Of a DNA stretch of 64,000 bases, positions 34,504 through 48,833 are shown piece by piece. Every line of letters begins with the position of its first letter. The first letter of the stretch is position 1. The stretch is taken from the NCBI GenBank assembly GCA_964016885.1, contig OZ024744.1, forward strand, positions 36,456,001 through 36,520,000, in the 5' to 3' direction. The position numbers and the translations under genes are program-made. This DNA comes from Eledone cirrhosa. Lineage: Eukaryota. The notes under the pieces are model-generated. The model saw nothing but the letters and a program-made list of their open reading frames with translations, was not told the origin of the DNA and did no database searches.

Positions 34504-36759
34504 TTATATATATATACATATATATATTACATATGAAGTCGATATAACTATAGTCGATTAAACTGGTCGTAGTACTTGGTTGTTACGTAACTTACTGACT
34601 TCTAGAAGGACAAACGGTAAACTCGAGCTTTGCGGGAAGTAACACTATTGAATATGACTGCAATACACTTTGTTCGATCCTCTACATCGATTCTATCAAT
34701 ATACATGTTTCTAATTTAAGCTGAACGCCAACAATTGTTTTTTTTTTCTTTGGTGTCGAGTGGAAGAGAACAAATCGACTCAAGTATTTAACTGGTATTT
34801 TAATTGATCAACTTTGAAAGCAAGGGGTGTAAAATTGAGTGATTTGAACTCAGAACACAGAGAACTGTAACTAAATACCCACAACGACTCTGAAAATCGA
34901 TTGTCATTGCTCTATCGATTATGCGAATCCACAGCCCTCGATCTAATGCTTTTTCAATCCAGTGCCCTTACTTTAACTGTTCTTTCAACCCAGAGATTCC
35001 CTCAACCCGCCGCCCTCGCTTTAACGGTACTAACAATCCACCACCGTCACTCTAGCGAATTTTCAACTCTCCGTCGCCGCTCTATCAACTTGTCAATCCA
35101 GCGCTGTCGCTCCAACAGTTCTGTCAATCCACTTCCTTCTATCTAACGCTTCTATTGGACTACAACAAGAAAAACAACAGCGAAGGAACTGTCTAATATA
35201 TAATTTATCGTAGTAAGAAGAAACTGGTGATTGAGGACAATTAACTTGTAAATGATGTATACATTCGGATAGCTCATACTGCATTACTAGAAGTGATTTT
35301 GAATTGCATTAAATGTCTTTACCATCTTTTACTTTCTTTCTCTCTGTCTCCCTCTCTCTGTATCTCCCCACCCCCCTCTCTCTCTCTCTCTCTCTCTCCC
35401 ACCTTTCTCTCTCACTCGCTCGCTTTCTCTCTATCATCTATCTTATCTAATACACATACATACACACACACACACACACATGCTCGTAAGTGTACATATA
35501 CATGTCCGCGCACGTTCACGCATGTTCACGCATACATACACGCAAGTGCAAGAGCAATTACACATACACGCGCTGACATGCCAAAAACAAAAGGAGTTAA
35601 ATTATGTGCATATTAATAAAGTATATTTGAGATAACGTGTCATTCAGTTCAACTTCACCTTTGTTTTTGTGATGCATTCATCTAGACGTCAAATTACTGG
35701 AAGCTTAACGTTGTCGTTCCCGTGCTTTAAGCCTACAGAGACGTTAGGTAAGCTCTAGTTGACAGGGACAGTCGTCAACAAGAGTTACTGGGGTTCTAGT
35801 AAAGAATGAGCGATAGAAACAGATATAATGGGGGGGGGGGGGATTAGTAGATAAATTAGAAAAGGTGATTAAGAGTCGAGTTTCAACCGACGTGCTAACT
35901 GCAAGAACGGCACTGGAATAGTTCTTCAATGCGAAACACAAAGCCTACATTGTCATAGTTAAGGGGCCTGCTCTAAAAAATGAGGGAACGAAAGCTGTTT
36001 GATGGACCCGAGTGACAGTGGCGCAGCGTGGTAACAAACTACAATTCTGTTTTTGACTAACCGAGACGGGCGCGTGCTGGTCAATTCGAGCAGATGTGTG
36101 GGGCTTACCCGCATCATTTTGCACGACTGTTCGGGAGGAGCTGGTGGTCGGATGTGGTGGCGGATTACACTTCCAGCCTCGACGGCCTACTGTGACTCAC
36201 GGCGGCAGATGGATTTGCTTTTTAGACTAGACATATTTTCCAAAATATGTCCACATAAATTGCACATTAGTTTTGGTGCCGCTTCAACTTGCCCGTGTCG
36301 TCTGATCTTGATGAAATATCTCTTTATGAACTTCTTGAGATTTGTAGATCTTGTGGCATATGTGGCATTGATTTGGATGAACTGGTTGGTATGCTCTCTA
36401 GTCAGTAGAAAGTGCCATATTGGGTACTCTTATATGAGATTGTAGTTCAGCCTTTGACAACAGGCAGATTTTGTTCAAAATATTCTCTTATTGGCAGTGT
36501 TTTTCTTATTTTACTCTTAATGTTTACTTGCTTCAGCCTGTTTTGCCCAAAGGTTTTCACACCATCCCATACTTTTGAACACCAGGTAGATTGAACCACT
36601 GCGAGGCTTCTCAAAACATTATATATATATATATATATATATATAGTTCAAGAGTAACCAATCTTAAAGAGAGATATGGAGGTAGGAGAGGAGATAGGAG
36701 AGGAGAAGAGAGATTGGTGAATTAGTTAGAATTGGTGAATTAGTTTAAAGATAGCCCCC

Positions 36760-39430
36760 TCTTACATGTTATGTCTGACAAAACTAAAAATCTATACACC
36801 ATGACTCCTGAAACTTACAACTCTTTCCTTCCTAAGGAACTTAATAAAAACTATAAAAAAATCTATACCCTCTAGTCTAAACTTACTTAACCGAAAAGCC
36901 CAGGCTTTGGTTAAGGACTTGCATCTGGATAGATTTACCCACCCTTATGTACCTACAACCCCAAGGTTTTCTCTCAAGGATCACAAGCCAAACTTTATAG
37001 AGAACGCATCTATTAGACTTACAAGCCCAACCACATCTGACTTGGGTCGTATCAGTAAGAACATCCTTGATAGGATCATCCCTGGGCTACGAGATGATAT
37101 CACCTACAAGCTGTGGTCCAACACCGGCCAAGTCATTTGATGGTTCTCCGATTTAAAGTCCAAGGAACGTATGAGGTTCCTCCAATTTGACATTGACAGC
37201 TATTACGCTTCAATAACCCCGGCACTGCTCAACAAAGCATTAACCCTAGCCAGCCCCAATTCTGACATAACCAATAATGAGATTGAAATCATACTTATGG
37301 CTAAGCAGACCATCATTGAATTCAACGGAGCACTCTGGACTAGAAAAGATAGAACAGACAACTTTGACATCATGATCGGCTCAAGTGACTCTGCGCAAAT
37401 CTTCGATTTAGTTTGAATTTACCTATTACATAACATCAGAGCTGAAATCCAACCCTTGCAAGGCAGAATATATAGGAACGACGCCCTATTTGCAGTCCAC
37501 AATTGCACTAATCAAGGCATTGACTTGCTCAAAAAACAATTACACAGATTCTTTAAAAATAACGGTCTCTCTATCACCATCGAGCCGAACCATAAAGTAG
37601 TAAACTTCCTAGACGTTACCCTAGATCTTACCAATAACCTATATTACCCTTATCATAAACCAGGTGAAATACTTACATATATTAGCCCACACTCTAACCA
37701 CCCACCGGCAGTCATCAGAGCAGTAATAAAATCTATCTGGTATAGGATCTCATATGCTATCAGCAAATGAGGAGATATTTATAAACCATGCAGCATATTA
37801 TAATAAGGCTCTTTCTGAATCTGGTTATGAACAGTCCATTTACTACATACCTAAATGCCATAACACAGCACTTCACCACAACCATAATAAACTTAACACT
37901 AGAACTAGAAATACCTTAGCATATATCCAGATTCGCCGGAATTTTAGCAGTAACAGCACCTATACAGGGAACCTTAATGGTGGCAGTGGCCTGCTTCCCA
38001 CTCCAAGTAGCAAACTAAAAATCAACCCTAGAATAGGAATTAGCAATGGGATAAAAAATAACAAATGCCCAGGTAATAATAACCCTATGAAGGCCCCTAC
38101 CAACTCCACTAGAACCCCTAGAAGGAATCGGCCTAGAAATATCACCTGGCTTAACCCCCATTCTCATCTAATCTAGCCACTAATTTTCCTAAACGCTTCT
38201 TCTCTATCCTATCTAAATATCCGCCCCCAACCATAGATATTACAAACTCTTTAATAAAAATAACATTAAAATCTCATTCTCCACAACACCTAACCTAGCT
38301 AGCCACATCGCATTCAGTAACCATCATAAACTAAGACAGTATAACTCCCAAAACGCGGTACCACCACCCCCTCAAATACACCACGCCACTACACCAATAC
38401 TTACTCTAGTAGCATACCTTCCCCATATAATCCTTCTAGCACTGACCAACCGCTTAGTTTAAACAAGCCTACTCTCACTAACCGCAGAAGTAACTGCAAC
38501 TGCCTTACCCTAATGCATGCCCACTAAATGGACAATGCCTGACACCCAATATAGTTTATAGGTGCACGGTTAAAACTGCTTCGCATACCAGCTCCTATAT
38601 CGGCTCTACCTCTAACCCTTTTAAGGTACGCTATAACGCGCACTTTTTCCTTCCGAGACCCTAACAACAGATGCTCGACATCTCTAGCTAGGCTCATTAA
38701 ATACCTTAAATTAAACAACATTGAACACTCACTAACATGGGATATCTTGGTTAGGGGCCCAACCGTTCAACGGACAAAGTAACTCTTGTGACCTCTGTCT
38801 TACCGAAGCATATTACATAACTCTATCACGACCTCTACCGATTAAAGATATAACGGAGGTAACTATTAGCTGTCAACATCGAAGGGCTACCTCCTTCGCC
38901 AACAGAATATTTGACCCAACATAGTCATCTAGCCCCATTTTTACTTGTAGCTAATAAGTTAAATAGTTATAGTTAACTTAAATAATTATAAGTTACCTCC
39001 CTTACATTGTCTCAATTAAAAAATTAAAAAATTAGCACTTCTTAACTATAAACTGCCCACAATTTCTAATTTCTCGAGGAGTTACTCCCCCTGAAACCAC
39101 CCTCAAATTAGTAAGGTAAATATGTCCATTGGCGGCCATCTTGTTACCCATAGGGAGATCTCACACAATGCAGCCTGGACAGAAGAGTACTGCTCGACTA
39201 TGGCAGACAATAGATATACCCAGGACACCATAGTGAAATACCAATATATGGAACAATACATTCATGTAACATTCTTTCCTTATTTTCATTTATATTCCCT
39301 TTGAAGTTCCGATGAGCTGCTCTAATTTTACCTAAGTTAATTATTTTCAACTGAACCAGATCAATAATGATCTATAATCACTTGACCCAGAAATATTATA
39401 TGGAGTAGCGAAACAATTGTAAACGGACAT
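36760..39430 (+). mobile_element. Decayed, 5'-truncated Penelope-like element (same lineage as 14856-18153)
   Basis: SDKTKN, LKDHKPNF..IRL.SP..SDLG, QFDIDSYYASI, FDIMIGSSDSAQ, VNFLDVTLDL, HSNHPP, CNC..CPLNGQCL..IVY; multiple stops and frameshifts. Confidence 0.85.
39306..39424 (+). ncRNA. Hammerhead variant with long stem II loop at the PLE 3' end
   Basis: GTT-CCGATGA-GCTGCTCTA(76 nt)TGGAGTAGC-GAAA-CAATTG-TA-AAC. Confidence 0.65.
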
Positions 39431-39457
39431 TATTATTATTAATATTATTATTATTAA

Positions 39458-39655
39458 GGGCGGTGGATTGGCAGCATCGGTAGAGGGTAGGGCGCCATGT
39501 TTGAAGTATAGAGTTACCTCCCTTTATGATCTGAGTTCAAATCCCGCCGAGGTTAACTTTGCCTTTCGTCCTTACAGGGTCGATAAAATAAAGTACCAGT
39601 AATGCACTGGGATAATTGCTGGCCTGGTGCCAAAAGTAGAAACAATTATTATTAT
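39458..39655 (+). mobile_element. tRNA-derived SINE in (TTA)n
   Basis: A-box-like TGGCAGCATCGG, B-box GAGTTCAAATCC, body GCCGAGGTTAACTTTGCCTTTC..GGGTCGATAAAATAAAGTACCAG; several copies in the window. Confidence 0.8.
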
Positions 39656-40069
39656 TCTCTACATTCCTTACAACAAACTAAAATATGTTGACAAACTTTT
39701 AATAATGTCTTCCTTGTGAAACTTGTGGTCTTGTTTTGCTTAACTAATGAATAAATATATATATATGTAGATAAATCTACCAAAATGTACGGTAGTGTCC
39801 AATCCGTATGAAGAACTCAATGTAATCCGAATATCATGAAAAGAGAAGATGTATTCAAAAAAGGTTTTCGGTGAAAATTAACGGAAAACAGAGTCAAGAT
39901 AAATTAATAAAATAATGAATAAACAAAGAAACAGTTCCTTATATTAAAAAATTCATCATTTTACGATCGTTTCTAGGATATATATGTTAGTGTTGGTATG
40001 CATATCCTATAGATCTATGTAAAAGGTTTACAAACTATCAGAGGGAATATACATACCTACACATATATA

Positions 40070-40525
40070 TATATGCTGTCTTCAGAAATAATGATATTTG
40101 TTTATTGAAAAAAAACAAGAAAGATTTAATACAACAGGTTTTGAATTGACCAATAGAAAGATGGTGAAGGTCAAGATGGTAAAATAGTAGTAAAAGAACC
40201 TTAATTTATGGGTAGAGGAAGGTAGATTTCAGTTTTGGATGGAAAGAATATTATGAATGAAAGATTATTTTAGGGATGAAAATAGGTCATATGCTGACCT
40301 CAGAAATAATTATATTTGTTCATTGAATAAAACGAACAAAGATTTAATATATTAGGTCTGTTTGGGAACAGGTTTTGAATTGACCAATAGAAAGGTAATA
40401 ATTGGTCAAATGGTAAAATAGTAGTAATGGAAGTTTATATTAGGGGTAGAAGAAGGCAGATTTCAGTTTTGAATGGAAGGAGTATGAAGAATGAAAAGGT
40501 TATTTTAGGGGTGAAAATAAGTCAG
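40070..40525. repeat. Two diverged tandem copies of a ~220-bp unit
   Basis: ATATGCTG..CAGAAATAAT, AACAGGTTTTGAATTGACCAATAGAAAG and AGATTTCAGTTTTG each occur twice. Confidence 0.8.
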
Positions 40526-40787
40526 GTCAGTAAAAGGTACACGAAAATTTGCTGTTATAAAAGAATAATGCCAATGTAAATATCTAAGGAGACTAAAATT
40601 TTACGATAAAAGTGTTAGTGAAAAAATATATATGGAATTTACATCTATGAAAAGAATATAAATTAATTTAATTGATGGGTATATTTATATTGATAAAATT
40701 ATATTAATGCATATAGATATGATAAATAAGAGTTAGATGTAATTGAAGAGTGCTGTTAAAGACGAGGGGAAATTAAAAAAATATAAA

Positions 40788-40883
<96 letters not shown>

Positions 40884-41169
40884 TTGGGGGGGGGGAGTTA
40901 AATTTATTAGTGAGAAATAATAAATATATAGAGATTTCAAGGAACATAGAATCATAACCTGAAATTAAAACATTATATATGTTTACTTAATGGTATCAAT
41001 TTTGGGAAAAGATAGTTATATATATATATATATAAGTTCAAAAGTCAATAGGATAAAAATATAAAGATAAAAATGTATTTACAATTTTATACACACACGC
41101 AATATGTAGATAAGCACATACAAACATACAAATGGATGCCGTTGTCTCACTGAGTTCCTCAGTAGGTGA

Positions 41170-41420
41170 TATTTCTCCTTCCTCTATAGCTTCTTTACTT
41201 AGTAGGCAGAGCCTTAACTTGTTTGCCACTTCAACAATATGCCTGATGCAGTGACTTGCGAGTCGAATCCTTCTTCCTGGAACTTTTAATGAATCTTTTG
41301 GAGAATCCTCATATAGTTCTACAATTGTTACATGGCTTCTCCATGACACATTGAGTGCCATTCTAAGCATTCTGGTGTAGCATCCATCTAATGCTTCTTT
41401 AAGGCTTTTATTAGTGTCCA
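41170..41420 (-). mobile_element. RTE-like LINE fragment
   Basis: LDGCYTRMLRMALNVSW..RRIRLASHCIRH. Confidence 0.7.
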
Positions 41421-41539
41421 TGAAAAAGAATCTGAGAATCCTATTTAAAAGGGCAAAATTATGAACTGGATACTGGGTACTTTTAGATGGAGTAATAGAA
41501 ATGAAACTAGAATAAAAAGCCCCCAACATCAACAGCACA

Positions 41540-41660
41540 TAGTTATAAGCTACTCTACGCAAGAGCACAGTTATATAGAATAGTTATAAGCTACTCTACG
41601 CAAGAGCACAGTTATATAGAATAGTTATAAGCTCCTCTACACAAGAGCACAGTTATATAG
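41540..41660. repeat. 41-bp tandem repeat x3
   Basis: TAGTTATAAGCTACTCTACGCAAGAGCACAGTTATATAGAA. Confidence 0.9.
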
Positions 41661-43195
41661 ATATAAAACGATGTTTACTAACAAAATGGAAAGGTAATAA
41701 AATGCACAAAACCTGAAGAGCCACGATTACAATGCAAATGCAAGCACAGTAAACAACAAGAATGTAGTAGATCAATATGTATTAGACGGAAGAAATGAAC
41801 ATGTTAACTAAATGATATTTTTCAAAGAAACAATATAATAATCCCAATACTCTATTCCAGCCACGACCAAGGAAATTATATTCGCGGAGGTGTTCAAGCG
41901 ATATATCAAATATTCAAATAGACTGTATATTGATGAGCCAATGGTTTAGAGACAGTATAATACTAACAACAACAGACACGGCAACAAATCTAATTTTGGA
42001 CCATATCCCAGTGGTAATTAAATTACAAATCAACTTTAGAAAATGCAAACGGCTTTAAAAAATTGCAAGAACAATTAAATTTAAACTTACTAAAACAGAC
42101 AAAATATAATGTGGAGACGAAAAGCTAGAATAAATATAAAAGCCATATAATAGAGGACAAATAGAAAAAGAAAAATGAAACTCAATATATAGAAATAAAA
42201 TATATAGAAAAAATCATTGCTTGAAAAAGAAACGAAAAAGATAAAACATTGTTTGAATGATGAAAGGCAATCAAAACCGAAAGAAAAAATGCAAGAATAG
42301 TGATAAAGATAGATATAAGACCCTAAAGAAAAACAACAATCATGCTATAAAGGAATGGACAGGAAGGAGTTTGGCGGGATATACGGCAATAGCAAGAAAC
42401 AGGAAAAGATTGGGAGTGCTGGTCCATACGTCTATGACCCCTGACCCTCAGAGATGAGGATGGGATGAGAAGGAAAGTTCTGAATGTAGAAAATAATAAA
42501 TGGAATCTCTGGATGATGCCAACAGGTTTGAAGCACTTAAAGATTAGCATAAATCCAAAGATTATGGTAAAATAAAGGTGATAACAAACAGAAATTGTAT
42601 TAGTAAATAAATGGGTTTAATTCAAGACAAACATGAGAAAATACTGTTTGTTTACGATCAGATTGATTTTAAATGAACTGAATATACGAAGGAACTGTAC
42701 AATGATAAGAACAGACAATCTATGCCTAATTTTCAAGCTGCTAATGGAAATAAAATTGGAAAGGAAGTAGAGAAGGAGTAAAGGCAATGAAAAGTGGAAT
42801 TCCTGCAGAAGGTATAACGAGACTGGATATCACAACATTGACCTAACTGTTATATAATACAATCAGTTGCGAAGGGTAACTTGGAAATCAAGGCATATAT
42901 TCCATGATGCAAGCCTATCACGAAGGCGGAAAGTGGAATAGAAGAGCCTTACTTCCCCCACTCCATGGAAAATAAATTATTCGCTCCCCATCTGTGCATG
43001 ATATGAACTAATTTTTTAATGTGAGAAAATGTACTTCTACCAAGAGGCCAAGATTCAGGCTCGGTACCCCTCTCCGCTTGACATGATGTCACCCCATTAG
43101 TAATACCTTGATTATGGGTTACCTTATGGGTTGCCTTATGGGTTACGTTATGGGTTACGAGAGAAATCCGAGTAAATAATAAAACCTACAAATAA

Positions 43196-43345
43196 TTGTT
43201 TCTACGTTATGGCACAAGGCCAGCAATTACCCAGTGTATTACTGGTACTTTATTTTATCGACCCTGTAAGTAGGAAAGGCAAAGTTAACCTCGGCGGGAT
43301 TTGAACTCAGACCATAAAGGGACGTAACTCTTTGCTGCAAAGCAT
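43196..43345 (-). mobile_element. SINE fragment (same family as 39458)
   Basis: GGCACAAGGCCAGCAATT..ACTGGTACTTTATTTTATCGACCC..CTCGGCGGGATTTGAACTCAG. Confidence 0.8.
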
Positions 43346-43359
43346 AAATAATGAGATAT

Positions 43360-44900
43360 TTAAAATTTATTTGTAAACCAGTTCAATTCTTCGTTTATTT
43401 TTAGCAAGTTCATCGATCACTTTTCTACAGAATATATCAGCACCGTGCTCTATCTTCACCTTCCTCGAAAGATCTTTATTCATGGAAATAAAGACCAAAT
43501 TGCTCAATCTCTCTTCACTTTGAGAACACCTCATACAATTATTTACTCGCTTTAATGAAGAAAATGATCTCTCGCTTGAAACAGATATGGCAGGTATGAT
43601 CGGAATCAGATGTAGTAATTTTGCTATTTCTGCGACTTCTTCGATGCTTTACGCTTGCGTTGCAAGAACTGCTGCATAAACTGATTTCAGCTAGCATTTC
43701 ATTTCATCCAAATCTAATATGTTTATATATACACCCAAAGATGAAAACGCTTCCATTGAATTTCTTCTTTTTCTTTTCGTAAACGTCAAAAAGCTTCAGA
43801 TTCAACAACTCAACAAATCTGAAATCTTCCATCGTTTTAAACATTTTCTCAACGTGAAAAGTAATTTCATGTACAAGAGGATGACTGGAGGAGATGTTGC
43901 TAAACTTCTTAAAACAACTTCCGTTTCTGGATGTCGACTACGCAGTAACATTCCTCAAACTTGTTCTTGATATCAATCAATTGTTCCTTGAAGTTTTCCA
44001 TCTCACGAATATACCACGAAATATCAAGTGAACCTTTTTAAAGACTCGCAAATAGAATCTCTGAGCCACTCAATATGGTTTCAAAAACCACTACTAAAAA
44101 TTTTAATTGAAAATCTAGGATTGAGCTAAATCTGAAGTACTCCAATCCTCTAGATGTTCTAATATAGTTTGAAAAGAGCTCGCAAAACAGTAATTTTGTA
44201 GTACAAAATGGATACTTGTCAAGATGAATAATTCCAACGTGCCTCAGATAACTTTGGAAATCGCCTTCCAAGAATTTCATCCTGTAGTGCGATTCGAGCC
44301 ACCGACTTTGAGAAAAAAAGTTGAAATTCCTTGTAAAGTTTGGAAGAAAATTCGACATTCACGAATATTTGAAGTTGATTGAGAGTGTACCAAACATTAC
44401 GCTAGTTTGTACGATGAATGTTTGGAAACAATTGAATTCATTAACAAAGTTTCGAACTCCTATCAGATATCGAGGTATCCAACAAACCTTTTTGAGTATT
44501 TTTTCCCTTCTTATCAATACATCGCAAAACGCGTGACAGTTGAGATTCCATTCGAAGATCCGTAGTCTCATCAAACCGAACAGCAGCAACTGACGTTTTT
44601 TCGATCATTGCTTTATTTTCACATTCAATTGTAGCAGCTATACAATTAATGATCTCGTTTTGAATATCACTTGAAAGTCCAGAAATGCACAGTTGGCATC
44701 TTTTTTCACGAAACCTAATTGCAATCGTAAACAATCATCGTATTCCGCTACGGCTTAAAACATTGTTTTATCCTTCTTTTTCACCGTGTCCTCGAAATGG
44801 TTATTCTTGACATGTCAACATTTCAATAAAATGAATTAAACCATTTCAATATATTAAGATTTTTTCTCGACTGATCTATTATCAGTTAACAGAATCGAAG
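43360..44900 (-). pseudogene. Decayed hAT transposase (ZMYM1/DUF4371-like)
   Basis: SSDIQNEII, FDETTD...QLS.VLR; C-terminal dimerisation motif IPAISVSSERSFSSLKRV...SQSEERLSNL at ~43490-43610. Confidence 0.8.
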
Positions 44901-45158
44901 CTGTTTTCCAGTGATCGATCGATGTATCAATTCATTGTCAGTCAAATGTTTTCTGTGCAATTACGGAATTCACAGGGCGCTGAGATGTTTTGTGTCTTAT
45001 AAAATTGTTCAAATCGCAGTTGTTGGTAGTTGTCCATGTGCATTTAAGTTCACACACACACAAAAAAATACAAAAAAAACAGTCGCCCCATATACATACG
45101 CATACATATATACATATATACATATATACATATATATATGTGCGTATGTACATATACG

Positions 45159-45205
<47 letters not shown>

Positions 45206-45569
45206 ACGTGTGCGTATTTGCATTTATGTATCAGCTGTGCTAGGGCGAGAAATAATATTCTAATTTTAAATTTTACTTTTAATATTCGGCAAAGTCAGTC
45301 GTTGCTCGCTCGGTATGCAGATGGAGCGACTAAGCTGATGTGTAGTTAAGAAAATACTATATATGTTCATCCGTTCAACAGGGTGGCAGAGGTATACAGT
45401 CCTAATGAAGGGTTATGGTCCAGAAAGGTGTTGATTGTTCCTCAAAGCCAGTGTTGAACAAACAGGTGACACCGGCACAACACAACTTTAAATCGGGTCG
45501 TTTGTGTACAAACAAATCAAACATTATTATTAATGTTCGATATTACTGGTACTTTATTTTCACTGATAA

Positions 45570-46574
45570 AATAAAATATTGCAGGGGTATATTTCAGGGG
45601 GACAGTCTCTCTGTGATATTGTTCATCTTGTCATTAAACACCTTGTCCTTTCTGCTCAAGAAATGTGAAGGATACATCATTGGCTCACGGGAGGACAGAA
45701 ATACGAACCTAACCCATAATTTCTTTGTGGATGATCTGAAACTCTATGACAAGAACATGGATGGGATGAAGAAAAATCTTGACCTGGTTACAACATTCTC
45801 AAAGGATATAGGAATGGAGTTTGGCCAAGATAAATGCTCATATATGACTGTAAAGCGGGAAAAAACAATAACCCTATCTAGCAACATTGTCATCAATGGT
45901 CTAACCTATATCTGATGAGAACATCTACAGATACCTGGAGATAGTTGAGAACATATCCTATAATGGTATCTGTAATAAGGAACGCGGGAACAGGGAATAC
46001 TACACACAATTAAGAAGAAAAAAATATGGTCATCGGAGCTCTCTGCGCAAAATAAAACAGTGGCTCACAATGTGTTTGCTGTGCCTGTCCTAACACCAAC
46101 ATTGGAATACACAATTGCAGGATAAACAACATCCGAGCAATTGATGTTAGAACTCGAAAAATACTAAACAACACAGGAAACTTCCATATCAACAGTGAGA
46201 TGGACCCTCTTTACTTGAAACGTAAGCAGGCATAACAGACCAGATATAATGATATGGGTCGGGGAAAAAAAGCATGCACAGTAGTGGAAGTCAGCTGCAC
46301 AGCAGATGCCAATATAATATCAAAGATTAACGAAAGGGAGAATATTTATGCAAAACTAACGAGAAATATGCATATACTCCACCCTGTTTACACCTTCAGC
46401 TTTATGCCTGTGATTATTGGGGGACTGGCATATGTTAGTAACTGCCTCAATACAAATCTTGAGAAGCTAGACTTCACAGGAACAGGAAGAACACAACTAG
46501 TTAGGAAATTACAAGTACAATCCATTAATGGAACAGTAAAAATATGTAAAACATTCCAAAATTCTTGCATCTAA
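45570..46574 (+). mobile_element. Degenerate R4/Dong-like RT-RLE fragments (third family)
   Basis: [37 protein letters not shown]. Confidence 0.8.
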
Positions 46575-46890
46575 TAACACATGTACATATACTAAGCATA
46601 TGCACATGCCCACATACAATTCAAAACATCCACATCCACACATACAATAACATCCATTCCTGCACACACATTCATGCAGACATGCATACATATCTACCTA
46701 GTTGATGTTGTGTAAATTCCAATGAGAGCCTCTTGTGTCTATGTTAGAAACCGACTCTCTCTCCTTGGGAAAAATTTGTGACATTATAAAACCAGAAGAA
46801 CATACATACATACATACATACATACATACATACATACATACATACATACATACATACATACATACATACATACATACATACATACATACA

Positions 46891-47320
46891 TGGTGGCTGC
46901 CAACTCGTTTTCGAGTACGGCCACTACTTTATATCCATGTAGGAGAACCCCTACCGATGCGCTGAACGAGTGTGACATTTTAGTCTAGCCAGTGACTTGA
47001 AAACTCTGGTACAAACACTACACTTGTGACAATTATTGACACATAGTGCTGGGCCCATGGTACCATGTGACGACAAGTGCAAAGAGATCTCCAGATATAA
47101 AGCAATGCCTGTGCCGTGAAGCTTTTATAGTGAGCAAAGGCACTGCACAAAGCCAGTCCGACTCTCTTAACCAAGATGATTACCAAAAAGAAGAACAAGT
47201 CAACATCATTGGATACCATCAGGGTTGCAGGTGTTATATCAGGGTTTTCCTTATCCTAGAATTCTGCCTTGACAAAGGCTAAGGGGTCATCTCTCCCGGT
47301 GATTTTGGATGGCCATTGAC
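46891..47320 (-). mobile_element. 3' end of an RTE/BovB-like LINE with C-terminal C2H2 finger and (ATGT)n tail (also 47803-48232, 48352-48523, 63896-64000)
   Basis: Four near-identical copies sharing the same 3' end; minus frame of the 48352 copy reads CSVCSRVFKSLAGLKSHTRSAH*; adjacent (CATA)n. Confidence 0.65.
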
Positions 47321-48833
47321 TATTAAGAGCTCCTTTGCCCTTTGACAGGTTTTGTTTTTAGTCCTGCAGGATTTCCAAAGTCACCCTCCTCACCAAGAAA
47401 CTTTGGTGGGATTGCCAGTTTAGTCGCCAACGACCCGACCACGAGACAGGTTGTACTGGGATACATGTTACCAGTAGCACCAACTGGTGCATACATGCAT
47501 ACATACATACACTCATACACAGATACATACATACATGCATACATACATACATACATACATACATACATACATACTTACACACATACATACATACATACAT
47601 ACATACATACATACATACATACATACATACATACATACATACATACATACATACATACATACATACTTACACACATACATACATACATACACACACAGAC
47701 ATCGTCACATACATACGTGCATACATACATACATATTTGCATACACACATATATACATACATACATGTATATATACATACATAAATATATACATATATGC
47801 ATGATGGCTGCCAACTCGTTTTCGAGTACGGCCACTACTTTATATCCATGCAGGAGAACCCCTACCAATGCGCTGAACGAGTGTGACATTTTAGTCTAGC
47901 CAGTGACTTGAAAACTCTGGTACAAACACTACACTTGTGACAATTATTGACACATAGTGCTGGGCCCATGGTACCATGTGACGACAAGTGCAGAGAGATC
48001 TCCAGATATAAAGCAATGCCTGTGCCATGAAGCATTTATAGTGAGCAAAGGCACTGCACAAAGCCAGTCCGACTCTCTTAACCAAGATAATATTTACCAA
48101 AAAGAAGAACAAGACAACATCATTGGATACCATCAGGGGTGCAGGTGTTATATCAGAGTTTTCCTTCTCCTAGAATTCTGCCTTGACAAAGGCTAAGGGG
48201 TCATCTCTCCCGTTGATTTTGGATGGCCATTGACTCTTGCATACATATATATTTACATACATACGTTTACACATGCAAACATACATACGCACACATACAT
48301 AGACCCATACATACCTATATTCATACATACATAGATACATACGCTCATATATGGTGGCTGCCAACTCGTTTTCGAGTACGGCCACTACTTTATATAGATG
48401 TAGGAGAAACCCTACCGATGCGCTGAACGAGTGTGACTTTTTAGTCCAGCCAGCGACTTGAAAACTCTGCTACAAACACTACACTTGTGACAATTATTGA
48501 CACATAGTGCTGGGCCCATGGTACAAAAAATACGCTCATACGTACATACATACATACATACATACATACATACATACATACATACATACATACATACATA
48601 CATACATACATACATAGAGATCAGCTGCCCACTTGATGTAAACGTTGTCAGAAAAATACAGGAGAAGGAGGACATCTACGGACCATTGATGAGGAGCTTA
48701 CAAATCCAGTATCCAAGATACACCTTTAGTTTTCTTTTACAACCTTGCCACCAGGAAGGTGGCCGGTCAAAAGAATATACTCGAAATTAAGAGAAAGAGA
48801 AAACATACATACATATTTTCATGCACACATATA

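Noticed and set aside
36200-36600. Minus-strand CHICHKIYKS zinc-finger-like peptide
   Set aside because: Short, interrupted by stops, no assignable family
41540-41660. CRISPR-like short repeats
   Set aside because: Contiguous tandem units without spacers, eukaryotic context, no cas genes
45905-45935. CTGATGA in the RT fragment (also 53510 minus)
   Set aside because: Part of coding sequence; no stems or GAAA core
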